A stretch of DNA of 59,759 nt from Stenotrophomonas sp. GTDB taxonomy: Bacteria; Pseudomonadota; Gammaproteobacteria; Xanthomonadales; Xanthomonadaceae. The notes beneath the pieces were generated by a model, which worked only from the letters and a program-made list of their open reading frames with translations, made no database searches and was not told the DNA's origin. Both the position numbers and the translations under genes were made by a program. The DNA is taken from contig DOKO01000057.1 of NCBI GenBank assembly GCA_003510825.1, positions 1-59,759 on the forward strand. Reading direction: 5' to 3'. This document shows, in pieces, positions 41,922 through 51,517 of this stretch; the first letter of the stretch is position 1, and every line of letters starts with the position of its first letter.

Positions 41922-43173
41922 TGGCGGGATCTCCCGTTGGGTCATCGTTACTGGAATCGGGCTTATTGCTTGTCCACCGTGTGACCTGGTTGTATTGCTC
42001 ACCTTCCAGCACCGGCAGGTTCTCTTTCACCCGAACCTCGTTGATCGTCATCCAACCCGACCCGCCAGAGCCGCCCAAGGCGACCTTGTAGTAGGTGGAT
42101 CGAGCGCCGCTGTCGGCGCGCAGCAGGCCCTCTACGACGGCCTCCAAGAACATGTCCCCGTCACCGAACAGCTTGTCGTTGATCTCGCTCTCGATTGCAT
42201 CGAGGTACGGTTTCAGCCCGAAAGTGACGAAGCCGCTGGTCTGCTGCTCCAGATTCGAGCCCAGCACCGACGTGGAGCGCGCTCGGTTCGTCAGGTAGAG
42301 CGGCACGCCCCAGATCCCGGCGAGCGCCTCCTCCTGGAACTGCTGAGACTCGATGAACTGACTGTCCTTCTGCGTCAGTCCGGCCGGCGTGATCGTCGGA
42401 CCACCCTGCAGGATGGCCATCTTGCCCAGGTCATCCACATCGCCTTGGCGGATATCCGGGAGCTTCGCCTTGATCTGCGCCTGCTGCTCCTTGGTCAGGA
42501 ACCCCGGATAGATGATGTATCCGCCAGTGAAGCCACCTTTTCGCATGAAGCGCGCGGACCAATCCTGTGCAGCGCGCGCCAGGCCGATGGTTTCGGCCTG
42601 GTACTCCACCGGTGACAGGCCAGCGATACCATCTGGACTGAACAGCTTGAAATGCAGCATGTTCTGCGGCGAAACCGGCGTTTCGCTTCCGTTGATGTTT
42701 GCCCAGTAGATCAGGCCGTCATCGGTGTCGATGCGAACGCTGTCCACTGCTACCGGGATGAGGCCGATCCATTCCCCGCTGTCATCACGTCGAATGATGA
42801 CGAAGGCGTTACCGCGCAAGGCCATGTTCACCACCACCGCTTTGATCAGGTCCAGCCACTTGATGTAGGGGTTGGGCTTGCTGAGCAGGCGCAGGAGCCG
42901 CCGGCGCTGCGGGCTGCTTCCCTTGACCAGCGATCGTGCGCCGCTCTTGTCCTCATACAGCTTCCAGGGCAGGCCCGCGGCCGACTCGGACAGGACCTTT
43001 ACGCAGGACCAGACGATGCTGACCGTAAGGGCTTTCTTGGCGGTTACCCGAACGCCCGACTTTGTGCCGCGACCGCCGGTGTATAGGTCGACTTCGACGT
43101 AGTTTCCCGTTGCAGGATCGTCGTACCCGAAGAACCGCCAACTCAGCGGGTTGTACCAGCGAAAGGTTGTCAT
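41914..43173 (-). CDS. HK97-family portal protein
   Basis: PNPY, LRGNAF, GLSPV, DSQFIE, WMTINEVRVKENLP. Confidence 0.95.
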   Translation of the reverse strand: MTTFRWYNPLSWRFFGYDDPATGNYVEVDLYTGGRGTKSGVRVTAKKALTVSIVWSCVKVLSESAAGLPWKLYEDKSGARSLVKGSSPQRRRLLRLLSKPNPYIKWLDLIKAVVVNMALRGNAFVIIRRDDSGEWIGLIPVAVDSVRIDTDDGLIYWANINGSETPVSPQNMLHFKLFSPDGIAGLSPVEYQAETIGLARAAQDWSARFMRKGGFTGGYIIYPGFLTKEQQAQIKAKLPDIRQGDVDDLGKMAILQGGPTITPAGLTQKDSQFIESQQFQEEALAGIWGVPLYLTNRARSTSVLGSNLEQQTSGFVTFGLKPYLDAIESEINDKLFGDGDMFLEAVVEGLLRADSGARSTYYKVALGGSGGSGWMTINEVRVKENLPVLEGEQYNQVTRWTSNKPDSSNDDPTGDPANA

Positions 43174-45095
43174 CCGATCAGTCCAAAGAACCCGTTTTCC
43201 AGGTAGTCATCGATGCCGCCAGCGTCTGGCGGCATGGCGTGTGCCGCACCGATGGCCATACAAAGGGCCACGGCGGCGTCGATCTTGTTTGCCGACCTGG
43301 CCTTCGACAGCCAGCTGTTTCCCCAGCGGTCCGATTCGATGACGGCGGACATAATTGCGGACACCAGAACGGGGTTGCGGCGCAGGCGCAGGCGCCCCTC
43401 CAGTAGCGCCTCCTCCAGCAGGCGCAGAGAACCGGGCATCCACATGCCCTCCGGCGTCGGCTGACCTGACTGCTCGGCAGCTTCCACCGCCGCTTCCAGC
43501 GGTTTGCCCTTCTTACAACCACCCTGCGGGTGCTCGGCGAAGTTCACCGACAAGCCAATGTCGTTGACCTCTTCCTCGAACCGGCGAAACGCGTAGCGGT
43601 CGTACGCGACCAGCTGCACGTCGTAACGGTTGTTGTACTCGGCCATGACTTGGGCCACATGCCGGAAGTTGATTGCCTGCCCTTGTGGTGCGTGCAGGTA
43701 TCCACCGTTGACCCACGTGCGATAGGGCAGCTTGTCCTGCAGCTGCCGCGCGTCCAGTGTGTCACCCGGCGTCCAAGCCTCAATCCAAGCGTCGAAAGTC
43801 GGCTTCTCGATGACGAGTTTCTCGCCCTCGACCTCAACTTCGACTGGCACAGTGCCGGTCTCGACCACAGCCGCCATGGCGGTGATGTCGCGAACCTGCG
43901 ACAGATCGAGGCCGAGGTAGACCTTGCGCCCCTCATGCGCGCGCGGATCGAAGTCGGCCAGTGCCGGTTCAAGTGTTGGGCGTGTCATCCAAGCGGTCTC
44001 CGCATCGGTCCACACGCAGAAGTGCAGACGAAGAATCCCGTTCAGCGACCCCGGGATCGCCTTGGCCTGCGCCACCACGTCCGCCAAGTACTGCTCGGTG
44101 ATCGTTACCCCCAACAAGGGGTTGGCCTTCGCCCAGCAGCGCGGATCCTCCAGTGGATCATCGCCATCGTCCAGGCTGCACACATAGGAGAAGGTTCGGT
44201 CATCGATCACGTCCCCAACGAAGGTGGGATCGTTCACCGCCTCGGTGTGGCCGGCGGCCACCTTTACCGCATGCTCATGCTCTTCCCAGCACACCGAAGT
44301 GCGATCGCTACCGGAGTTGGTGATCATGAAGAGCAGCGGCTCGCGGCGGAATTTGAAACCGCGCTCCAGCATTTCGATGATTCGCCGGTCAGGAAGCTCG
44401 TGCACCTCATCGACCAGCACGAAGAACGGCCGTGGACCCGAGCCGGTACGACCCGTATCGCGCGAGACTGGCCGGAAGAAGCTCGCGCTGGCGTGGTGCG
44501 CCATGCTGAACTCTCGACCCTCGCCGCCGGCGAACTCGATTCGCTTCGCCAGAAGCGGCGATTTCTTGACCATCTTCACGGCGTCGGCGAATAGAATCCC
44601 CGCCTGGTCCTTCTTCGCCGCCGCCGAGTAGATCTGTGCGCCGGCCTCGCCCGCCGCAGTCATCCCGAGCAGGCCGAGCCCTCCCGCCAGCGGGCTCTTT
44701 CCGTTGCCCTTTCCCTGCTCGATGTAAGCGCGCCGGAACCTCCGAAGGCCGTCAGCGCCCTTCCAGCCAAACAGCGAGCCGATGATGAACGCCTGCGAGG
44801 GGTGCAGCTCGAACTTCCGACCCTCGAACTGCCCCTCGGAGAGCATCAGCACGTTCTCGAAGTAGCGGAACGCGTACTCCGCTGCCGCGTGGTCAAATCG
44901 CAGACCACGTTCAGGGCCTTGGATCAGGTCCTGAAGGTGTCGCCGACAAGCGTTCCGTACGTGCGGCCCGGCGATGATCCGTCCCGCAACCACGTCCAAG
45001 GCGTATGCCTTAGTGCGATCTACCGGAGCCTGGACCACCGAAGAACTCTTCGCCCTGGTCGTCTTCGTCGCCGCCATGCGAGACCTTCGATTCAT
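43170..45095 (-). CDS. Terminase large subunit
   Basis: Walker A GKGNGKS, Walker B VLVDEVHE, GLDLS, KIDAAVA; start may be 45077. Confidence 0.95.
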   Translation of the reverse strand: MNRRSRMAATKTTRAKSSSVVQAPVDRTKAYALDVVAGRIIAGPHVRNACRRHLQDLIQGPERGLRFDHAAAEYAFRYFENVLMLSEGQFEGRKFELHPSQAFIIGSLFGWKGADGLRRFRRAYIEQGKGNGKSPLAGGLGLLGMTAAGEAGAQIYSAAAKKDQAGILFADAVKMVKKSPLLAKRIEFAGGEGREFSMAHHASASFFRPVSRDTGRTGSGPRPFFVLVDEVHELPDRRIIEMLERGFKFRREPLLFMITNSGSDRTSVCWEEHEHAVKVAAGHTEAVNDPTFVGDVIDDRTFSYVCSLDDGDDPLEDPRCWAKANPLLGVTITEQYLADVVAQAKAIPGSLNGILRLHFCVWTDAETAWMTRPTLEPALADFDPRAHEGRKVYLGLDLSQVRDITAMAAVVETGTVPVEVEVEGEKLVIEKPTFDAWIEAWTPGDTLDARQLQDKLPYRTWVNGGYLHAPQGQAINFRHVAQVMAEYNNRYDVQLVAYDRYAFRRFEEEVNDIGLSVNFAEHPQGGCKKGKPLEAAVEAAEQSGQPTPEGMWMPGSLRLLEEALLEGRLRLRRNPVLVSAIMSAVIESDRWGNSWLSKARSANKIDAAVALCMAIGAAHAMPPDAGGIDDYLENGFFGLIG

Positions 45096-45414
45096 CCACA
45101 GGTGTGGCGCCCAGCTTCGACAGGATCGAGCTGAGCGCTTGGGTTGCTGATACGCCGAATTCGGCCTTCGGGTCCTCCATTCGCGCCGTCCACAGGCAAG
45201 CCAGGCGAAGCAGCACTCGATGGCTAGCGTTGAGCCAAGGCATTTCGGCCGCGAACTCTTTCCATGCCCGCTTCTCGCCGGCAGTCATGGTTTTGTACGG
45301 CTCACCCAGCGCGCGGACCCCCGCTGGCCGCTTCCTGCCGGCATGCCGGCCCGGGTTCTTGATGGCAGCGCCGCTTGTCGCAGCTTTTGCGACGGGCAGT
45401 CGGGGCCTTGCCAT
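45010..45414 (-). CDS. Terminase small subunit
   Basis: MARPRLP..KLGATPVDESKV (P27-like); precedes TerL. Confidence 0.8.
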   Translation of the reverse strand: MARPRLPVAKAATSGAAIKNPGRHAGRKRPAGVRALGEPYKTMTAGEKRAWKEFAAEMPWLNASHRVLLRLACLWTARMEDPKAEFGVSATQALSSILSKLGATPVDESKVSHGGDEDDQGEEFFGGPGSGRSH

Positions 45415-45419
45415 GAAAT

Positions 45420-45582
45420 CCTCTGGAAATTTCGGTGTTTTTGGCGGAGAGACGACCCTCAAGGGGGTCGTCCGGCCAATTGTGGATACGCGCGTTTGGG
45501 GGGGCGCTCGGTCTAGAAGCTGGCCAACGCCATAAATTCGCCCCCCCTACCCCTTGGCGTGGAACATCGCGGCGTGGAACGA
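45420..45582. other. Probable cos region
   Basis: Non-coding gap between HNH and TerS with G/C runs, the usual cos position in HK97-like phages. Confidence 0.45.
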
Positions 45583-45921
45583 TCAAATACCTATCGGCCA
45601 GCCATCGCTGTCGCACCCCCGGACCTGAGCCGCACCGCGCTCCAGGCGCGCCTGGTCACTGCTATGGCAGTTGGCGCATTGACTGTCGAAGGGGCCGGTC
45701 CAGAACATTTCCTCTGTCTCTCCGGCAGGATGGCCGTTGGTGTGGTTGCACACCGTGGCGACCGTTACGTGGCCTCGGGCCCTGCACCGGCCGCACAGCG
45801 GCTCACGCTCCAGCTGCGTCTTGCGCGTGCGTTGCCAGCGCGCTGTGCCGTACAGGTGCGCAAAGGCGCTGCCGCCGGTCTGCCGGGTCCTGCCACGGCG
45901 CGGAGTCGAGCCTGTCGCCAT
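45583..45921 (-). CDS. HNH endonuclease (gp74-like packaging cofactor)
   Basis: W.RTR..QL..EPLCGRC..ATVCNH..H..SQCANCH. Confidence 0.85.
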   Translation of the reverse strand: MATGSTPRRGRTRQTGGSAFAHLYGTARWQRTRKTQLEREPLCGRCRARGHVTVATVCNHTNGHPAGETEEMFWTGPFDSQCANCHSSDQARLERGAAQVRGCDSDGWPIGI

Positions 45922-46133
45922 CAGTAAGGCTTCCCGTCCAGGTCGACGCGCGCAGGTTCACCGCCTTCGTCAGGCACGGGTATGCCAGCCTCCTCGCCAA
46001 GCAGCTGCGCCACAGCCTGGACCAGCAGTCCCACATGCACGGTCAGCTCGGCGATCTGCTTGCCCTGCGCCGCAATGGTGGCGTGCTGCTGTTCGGCTAA
46101 CCCCAGCAGCTTGTCGAGCCGATCATCCACCAC
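45921..46133 (-). CDS. Hypothetical protein (70 aa)
   Basis: Coupled to flanking genes. Confidence 0.6.
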   Translation of the reverse strand: MVDDRLDKLLGLAEQQHATIAAQGKQIAELTVHVGLLVQAVAQLLGEEAGIPVPDEGGEPARVDLDGKPY

Positions 46134-46590
46134 GGTCCACCTCGATCACGGCGTGGCAGGCACGAACCTGGTCGTCGGCGTCTCGCCCGACTTGAACAAG
46201 AGCGCCCGCAACCTCTGCTCGTAGTTGGGCTGTCTGGTCACGTTCGATGGCGCCGGCGACGGCTTGGGACAGGAGGCTGGTGTTGCAGGTGGCGAGGTCG
46301 TCGCGCAGCTGGAGACGGCCATCGCGCAGGTCAGCCACAACAGCAGCAGGGACGACTTGGGCCGCGGTGCGGTCTTCTTCATGCTTCGCTCCGATGGTGG
46401 CCAAGTCTTCGGCCTGCTTGTTTTCAACGGCTCGGGCCTGCTGCTCAACCTGTAAGGCTTGCTTACCAGTTGCTACCTGGCTCAGGGCCTCACTGCCCTC
46501 TCCGCGATCACCGCGCCACGCCCAACCCGTACCGAACATGGCTGCGGACCAGACGACAAACGCGCCGATCACCACCACCACGCGCTTCAC
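46123..46590 (-). CDS. Rz-like inner-membrane spanin
   Basis: GTG overlapping the endolysin stop; N-terminal TM then coiled coil. Confidence 0.82.
   Translation of the reverse strand: MKRVVVVIGAFVVWSAAMFGTGWAWRGDRGEGSEALSQVATGKQALQVEQQARAVENKQAEDLATIGAKHEEDRTAAQVVPAAVVADLRDGRLQLRDDLATCNTSLLSQAVAGAIERDQTAQLRAEVAGALVQVGRDADDQVRACHAVIEVDRGG
46146..46382 (-). CDS. Rz1-like outer-membrane spanin lipoprotein (embedded in Rz)
   Basis: MKK..LLLLWLTCAMAVSS-C lipobox followed by Pro-rich segment. Confidence 0.8.
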   Translation of the reverse strand: MKKTAPRPKSSLLLLWLTCAMAVSSCATTSPPATPASCPKPSPAPSNVTRQPNYEQRLRALLFKSGETPTTRFVPATP

Positions 46591-47051
46591 GACCTGCCCT
46601 CGCACATCGCACGCTCCGCAGCACGTCGGTTGGCCAACCCCGGCACATGCTTGCCACCCGCGTATACCCAGCGATCCAGTTCGGGGCACCAGACCGTAGC
46701 CGGTTGGCCGTCGTTGATCTTGCGCACCAGCGTCGAATTGCAGGCTGCTGCCACGCCGACGTTGTAGGTCCAGCTCAGCACCGCCGCCCACTGACGTTCA
46801 CCGAGCGGCACCTTGATGCACTTGCTGACACCGGCCAGGTAGCTGCCCAGCCGGCTGTTGAGCTTTTCAGCGCACTCCTGCTGGGTATAGACCGCCTTGT
46901 CCGGGCGGCTGGTGTCGCCGTAGCAGTAGGTGGCCACACCCACCATGTCGATGTAAGGGGTCGGCGAATAGCCTTCCCACGGCTGCACCAGCGCGGTGGC
47001 AGCCAGAGCGATCACCGCAGCGGCGCTTGCGCCGATGATCTTGGCCTTCAT
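46587..47051 (-). CDS. SAR endolysin (GH24 lysozyme)
   Basis: Ala/Gly-rich N-terminal SAR segment, E-8aa-D-5aa-T triad (EGYSPTPYIDMVGVAT), YNVG, GLANRRAAE. Confidence 0.93.
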   Translation of the reverse strand: MKAKIIGASAAAVIALAATALVQPWEGYSPTPYIDMVGVATYCYGDTSRPDKAVYTQQECAEKLNSRLGSYLAGVSKCIKVPLGERQWAAVLSWTYNVGVAAACNSTLVRKINDGQPATVWCPELDRWVYAGGKHVPGLANRRAAERAMCEGRS

Positions 47052-47275
47052 GCCTGAGCCCTCTGCCGCCACTCGCGGATCCAGCGCCACCCGAGATAGC
47101 TGATCTGGCCGACCAGGTAGATGATCGTCAGCACCACCACCACGCGGTCGAGGTTGGCACCGGCGGCGACCGCGCCGGCGACCGTCACTGGCGGCGCAGC
47201 CTTCGCTGCAGCACTTGCGGCAGTGCCAATGATTTCGTCCTTCATGGTGGCCCCGTTGCTTGTCCGGTTCGGCAT
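47048..47275 (-). CDS. Holin (possible dual start 47275/47245)
   Basis: Small hydrophobic ORF with basic C-terminus overlapping the endolysin start. Confidence 0.75.
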   Translation of the reverse strand: MPNRTSNGATMKDEIIGTAASAAAKAAPPVTVAGAVAAGANLDRVVVVLTIIYLVGQISYLGWRWIREWRQRAQA

Positions 47276-47353
47276 ATGCCCCTCCCGGTTGATAGGTGCC
47301 CGCCCCTAGCGCCGGCTGGGCACGAGAGTTAGTCCGGCTGGGACGCGGGCAAA

Positions 47354-47379
47354 GAAAAAGCCCCGGCTGGCCGGGGCTT
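47354..47379 (-). terminator. tR'-like late terminator
   Basis: Minus strand AAGCCCCGGC-CA-GCCGGGGCTTTTTCTTT between Q and lysis genes. Confidence 0.85.
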
Positions 47380-47412
47380 GCGATTGGATGGTGGCAAGAA
47401 TGCCCGCTTTTT

Positions 47413-47433
47413 CGATGACCTAGGAAGTCATCG
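47413..47433. promoter_or_regulatory. Palindrome in late-promoter region (candidate Q-binding element)
   Basis: CGATGAC-CTAGGAA-GTCATCG immediately after the Q stop. Confidence 0.4.
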
Positions 47434-48132
47434 TCATGCGGCCCTGGACAGGGCCTTGCTGAACTCAGCGGCAGCGCGCGACTCAGCAGCGCGGAAGTTG
47501 GCCAGCATCCATTCGTAGACCGGGCGCCAGAACCGGCTGTATGCCGAGCAATCTGCGCCGATGGACGTGCCGCGCTTGCGCCCACTGAACGGCTCGCGTC
47601 CGCTCCCGCCGCAGCGCGGGCATTTCAGAACCCCAGCAACTGCCGGATCACGAACCACCCTCTTACCCTCGCAGTCCTGACATTCGCAGCTATCCGCCAT
47701 TTCACCAATGACGGCTCCCGCCAGCACGCCCAGCTGTTCCATGGTGTTGTTCGGCCACGCCGCAGCGCGCGCATCTTCCAAGGCCTGCTCCGTGCGCCGC
47801 AGTTCACGGCGCTGCACATCCGTGGTCTGGCCACCACCCCAGCCGATGCTTGCCTTGGCGATGCCGAAGTTCGTCCTGGCATCTGCGAGGGCATGCATCT
47901 GGCGCGTAAACTCAGGCGCCACCAGGCCGATCACTTCCTGCCGCAGCTGCTCGCGGCGGCGCGCTCCACTCTCTGGCCACCACAGCGCCTCCAGCAGCTC
48001 GCGGCCCAGCCCGTTCTGGACGAATGCCAGCGCCGCCACGATCTCCTGCGAAGACGGCCCGCCAGGGCTACCGTCATAACTCATTGCCTTCGGGCCCGTC
48101 CCGCTGGACAGCAGCTCGCGCGCGTCTTTCAT
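47434..48132 (-). CDS. Late antitermination protein Q-like
   Basis: CQDCEG..CPRCGGSG zinc finger, YSRFWRPVYEW; upstream of terminator and lysis cassette. Confidence 0.8.
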   Translation of the reverse strand: MKDARELLSSGTGPKAMSYDGSPGGPSSQEIVAALAFVQNGLGRELLEALWWPESGARRREQLRQEVIGLVAPEFTRQMHALADARTNFGIAKASIGWGGGQTTDVQRRELRRTEQALEDARAAAWPNNTMEQLGVLAGAVIGEMADSCECQDCEGKRVVRDPAVAGVLKCPRCGGSGREPFSGRKRGTSIGADCSAYSRFWRPVYEWMLANFRAAESRAAAEFSKALSRAA

Positions 48133-48320
48133 CCCCTTCCCCTTATTCGATCTCGTCGGTTGATTTCGCGGCGCAGCGCGCGTGATCGGCGCAGCGCCTG
48201 CTCTGCCTTCCCGCGCTGGCCCGGTGCCGTCCACGCCCGGTTCCATCGCATTTCGGCTATCTCCTGCTGGAGGCTGCTCAGCAGCTCCAGCGCCTTGTCG
48301 TCATAGCGGGTCAGGTCCAT
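48129..48320 (-). CDS. Hypothetical protein
   Basis: MDLTRYDDKALELL.., ATGA-coupled to Q. Confidence 0.6.
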   Translation of the reverse strand: MDLTRYDDKALELLSSLQQEIAEMRWNRAWTAPGQRGKAEQALRRSRALRREINRRDRIRGRG

Positions 48321-48365
48321 TCGCCCAGCATTGCGCGCGCCCGTCGCAACGGCCGCGACCACCCC

Positions 48366-48833
48366 TTACTGCGCGGTGCCAAACCGAGCGATCAGCGCCG
48401 CATCAGCCAGCGCCTGCCCCTCCGCCTTCTTCCCCAGCGCGTCCCATGCAGGCCACAGCTGCACAGCGCGCGACCTGGCTGCGTCCTTGTCCGCGCCGAT
48501 CAGGCCTGCCCGCTTCTTCCATGCCTGCGGCGTCACCAGCGTGGTCGGGATCATCAGCGCCGCCACCACGCCCTCGACCACCCCAGCCGCATGGCCGAAC
48601 CCGAAGGAGGACGCCACGCCCTGACCCGGCATGCTGTGGACCTGCTCGATGTAGGCGTGCTGCACGTCGTGGTGCCCGAGGAACCGGGCCAACGCGGCAG
48701 AGTCGAGTCGGCTCGACTTCCCCAGTCGCACCAACGGGGCACGCATCCACTCCACTGGCACCAGGTCGCGGTCGCCGGCCAGCAGCACGATGGCGCCGCT
48801 GCAGCCCGGGTCGATTCCAACCACGCGCCTCAC
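48366..48833 (-). CDS. RuvC-like Holliday junction resolvase
   Basis: VVGIDPG, YIE, FGFG, VTPQAWKK, ADAALIA. Confidence 0.85.
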   Translation of the reverse strand: MRRVVGIDPGCSGAIVLLAGDRDLVPVEWMRAPLVRLGKSSRLDSAALARFLGHHDVQHAYIEQVHSMPGQGVASSFGFGHAAGVVEGVVAALMIPTTLVTPQAWKKRAGLIGADKDAARSRAVQLWPAWDALGKKAEGQALADAALIARFGTAQ

Positions 48834-49036
48834 CGTGCCACCTCCGGGCCGGCCGGCTCGGCCGCATAGTGCGTGATCGCCGAGTTGTCACCGCGCCAGC
48901 TGGCGAACACCGGCCGTTTGCTCACCGAGTCCCACAGCATCAGCCGGCGGCCGTCCTGCGGTGCGGCGGCGATGGGCATCCAGTTCACAATGGCCGCCGC
49001 TTCCATATAGCGCTCCCGCATCTGCGCCGGAGTCAC
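48830..49036 (-). CDS. Hypothetical phage protein (DUF551-like)
   Basis: WMPIAAAPQDG..ITHY..P. Confidence 0.6.
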   Translation of the reverse strand: MTPAQMRERYMEAAAIVNWMPIAAAPQDGRRLMLWDSVSKRPVFASWRGDNSAITHYAAEPAGPEVAR

Positions 49037-49233
49037 GCGGCCTGCTCCCAGCTGGCCGCCAGGCGCTGCACCTGCCCGCCCCTCGCCTCAAACTGCTCCA
49101 CCGTCTCCGGGTCACCAGAGAAGGCTGCGGCCTTCACCCGCCTCGGCCGGGCCACCGTGTTCTTGTCCATCCGGCGTTCGCGCGGTGCCTGGGCCCGCTT
49201 CGCCGGCAGCGCCTGTCCAATGCTGTTCTTCAT
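49033..49233 (-). CDS. Hypothetical phage protein
   Basis: Overlap-coupled ORF, ETVEQFEARGGQVQRL. Confidence 0.6.
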   Translation of the reverse strand: MKNSIGQALPAKRAQAPRERRMDKNTVARPRRVKAAAFSGDPETVEQFEARGGQVQRLAASWEQAA

Positions 49234-49598
49234 GCTGCCGCCCTCAGTTCGTTGATGTAGGTCTGCTGGTCAATCAGCTCGTCATCGGAGCCGTACGTTT
49301 CTCGGAAGGTCCGCGAGCCGTCCAGCAGGCTCGGGCCGTAGATCTGTCGCATCGTCGCGAAGGTGTTCCCCTCCATCGGGTAGCGCATGTGGTGCCATTT
49401 GCAGAGCGCGTAGCCGAACGCGTGGCCGCGCCGCACGTTCCCGCTCTTGGCGTGGTTGTAGTCGCAGCCGTAGACCACCAGCGTTGGCTCCAACAGGTCC
49501 TGCATCTGCAGCGCGAGGCAGGCCATGCAGGGTCCGGTCTTGGCCAGCTCGATCCGGGCCGACTCTTCCTTGTTCGGCGGCGGTGCTTTCGACCACAT
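49230..49598 (-). CDS. Ref-like (HNH-type) recombination enhancement nuclease
   Basis: CMAC..NH..GH..LCKWHH..YGSDDEL. Confidence 0.7.
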   Translation of the reverse strand: MWSKAPPPNKEESARIELAKTGPCMACLALQMQDLLEPTLVVYGCDYNHAKSGNVRRGHAFGYALCKWHHMRYPMEGNTFATMRQIYGPSLLDGSRTFRETYGSDDELIDQQTYINELRAAA

Positions 49599-50311
49599 TA
49601 GGCTCCACCGAACCCAAGGTCTGCAGCAGCGCGCGCCATGGCCGAACGGGCCGAGTCGCGATCACGCACCAGGTGAACCCCGTGCTTCTCTTGTTCAACG
49701 GCCAGCACTGGCTGCGGCACTGGTTTGCCGTCCACGACGTGCTGCACAGCGCGCGAATAGGCCTCCTCCAGCATCCGGCGCTGCTGGAACCCGTTGTCGG
49801 CCGTCGCGTAGACGTGCAGGTCCAGTAGCGAGCGAACCAGAACCGTGAACCCGCTCTGCGGACGCCCCGGCGCCATTTCGCGCTCCACCGCCGCCATGAC
49901 CGGAATGTCCAGGCACATCGTCAGGAACCTGCCAGCGTTCGGCGGCCACTCCCTGCCCTCGGTGAGGCAGCAGTTCATGCCCTTGGCGTGCTGGGCCACC
50001 GTGCGGCCCTTCAAGACCTGGAACCACGTCGTGCCCGCGATGGTCAGGCTGCCGTCCTTCTTCACAGGGGCCGCGCCGTTCTCGCGTTCCCACTTCCCCG
50101 GGAACATGGCCGTCATCTGCTTCCAGAACTCCCACAGGTAGCTGGTGGCCTGGTCGCTCACCCGATCAGCCGACGACGGCAAACTCTGCGTCGACAAACT
50201 CGGCTGGGTCGAAGCCATCGTCGCGACCGTGGCCACCGCCGCGGCATTGGGATTCGTGCTGGCGCTGGAGCTGCTCGATTCGATCGGCAGAACTGTGCTG
50301 AGGGTTTGCAT
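49598..50311 (-). CDS. Replication protein P-like helicase loader
   Basis: W..M..MFPGKW..G..W..L..WPP....F..MC; follows the initiator; start uncertain (50311 or 50161). Confidence 0.7.
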   Translation of the reverse strand: MQTLSTVLPIESSSSSASTNPNAAAVATVATMASTQPSLSTQSLPSSADRVSDQATSYLWEFWKQMTAMFPGKWERENGAAPVKKDGSLTIAGTTWFQVLKGRTVAQHAKGMNCCLTEGREWPPNAGRFLTMCLDIPVMAAVEREMAPGRPQSGFTVLVRSLLDLHVYATADNGFQQRRMLEEAYSRAVQHVVDGKPVPQPVLAVEQEKHGVHLVRDRDSARSAMARAAADLGFGGA

Positions 50312-51113
50312 GGGCGGCTCCGGCGAATTGCTGGGCAAGAGGGGTGACGGGCAGCGACAGGCCGGCGGCCATGGTCTGCATCAGGGATTCGTTCGGGTCG
50401 TGGCCGGCGGCCAACAGGGAGACGAGCTGGTTCCGCACCTGGAACCATCCCTGGACGGACAGCGGCCGGCGGATCGCGGCGCGGTGGCGGACGAACCGGG
50501 CGAGCAGCTCGCGGTCCACCCCGGCCGGCACCGCACCAAACCCGGCCAGCTCGCCGTTGACCTGCTCGGCGGTCAGTGCAGCCGGATCGGCCTCGCGCTC
50601 ACACTCGCGGTGTGAGGGTTGCTCTTGGTTGCTTTTGGTTGCTCTTGGTTCGGGTGCAACAGCTGTTGCACCGTTGACTGCGTCGTTTTGCACCGTTGAC
50701 GACGCTGTTTTGCACCCTTGATTGCCCGTTTCTGCACCCTTCTGGAACGGTGCAGTTTTTGCACCCTTGGCCGATTCAGCCTCAGAATCGCCACTTTCCA
50801 ACGGTGCAATATCTGCACCCTTGATCCATGCCGGGTTGATTCGGTACTGGCGAGCCTTGCCGCCTGAATTGAATCCCGGGAGACGGCCGCCGCCTTCACT
50901 GACCAGGATCAGCCAACCCATCTTCTGCATCTTGCGGAGCTGGTACTGCACCGACCGCTCGGACTGCCTGGACTTCTTCGCCAGCGTCTCCACGGACGGG
51001 TAGATGCTCGTCCCGTCGTCATGGGCGTTGTCCGCAAGCGCAAGCGCCAATGCGAACTCACCGCCGCCGCCGGGATAGCGGTCAAAAACCATGCCTGTCA
51101 TACGAGCCGACAT
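50166..51113 (-). CDS. Replication initiator (O-like, N-terminal HTH)
   Basis: LALADNAHDDG..YPSVETLAKKSRQSERSVQYQL; contains iterons. Confidence 0.85.
   Translation of the reverse strand: MSARMTGMVFDRYPGGGGEFALALALADNAHDDGTSIYPSVETLAKKSRQSERSVQYQLRKMQKMGWLILVSEGGGRLPGFNSGGKARQYRINPAWIKGADIAPLESGDSEAESAKGAKTAPFQKGAETGNQGCKTASSTVQNDAVNGATAVAPEPRATKSNQEQPSHRECEREADPAALTAEQVNGELAGFGAVPAGVDRELLARFVRHRAAIRRPLSVQGWFQVRNQLVSLLAAGHDPNESLMQTMAAGLSLPVTPLAQQFAGAAHANPQHSSADRIEQLQRQHESQCRGGGHGRDDGFDPAEFVDAEFAVVG
50617..50825. repeat. Phage replication origin: iterons plus 10-bp tandem repeat
   Basis: Six (T/C)TGCACC(G/C)TT repeats with inverted GGTGCA copies next to 3x GCT(C/T)TTGGTT inside the initiator gene. 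Confidence 0.75.
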
Positions 51114-51114
51114 G

Positions 51115-51426
51115 TCAGAGCACCAGTGCCAGGTTCTGCCCCGGGGCAACAGGCCACCAGGTGCACGCCGTCCTGCCACTGACAGGGCACGGCTTGTTCG
51201 GGCCGCGGTACACCCGACCCTCCTTCATCAGCTCGGGCAGGCGACGGGCGAGCATGTAGCGGTCCAGGCCGGTGGCCTGCGACAGCTCGTTACTGGTCAT
51301 GCCGGCGTTCTGCGTGACCGCGCGGGCGGCCTTGTCCTGCTGCACGGCCTGCAGGCCGCTGCTGACCACATGCGCTGCTGCTGCATGACTGGTGTCGATA
51401 TCGGTGATGCGTACGGGAGCGCTCAT
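51115..51426 (-). CDS. Winged-HTH hypothetical phage protein
   Basis: R.TD.DTSH.AA..GMTSNELS..LARRLPEL. Confidence 0.75.
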   Translation of the reverse strand: MSAPVRITDIDTSHAAAAHVVSSGLQAVQQDKAARAVTQNAGMTSNELSQATGLDRYMLARRLPELMKEGRVYRGPNKPCPVSGRTACTWWPVAPGQNLALVL

Positions 51427-51517
51427 TGGTGCACCTCGCAGAAGAGGCTTCCAATGATGAACAGACCAGTCATCAGGTCTGCACCGTAACCAAACGCAAT
51501 GCAGGGCCGGTTAGCCA

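Noticed and set aside
45556-45580. GGCGTGGAAC direct repeat resembling parS half-sites
   Set aside because: Only half-sites in direct orientation; more simply terminase-binding sequence near cos
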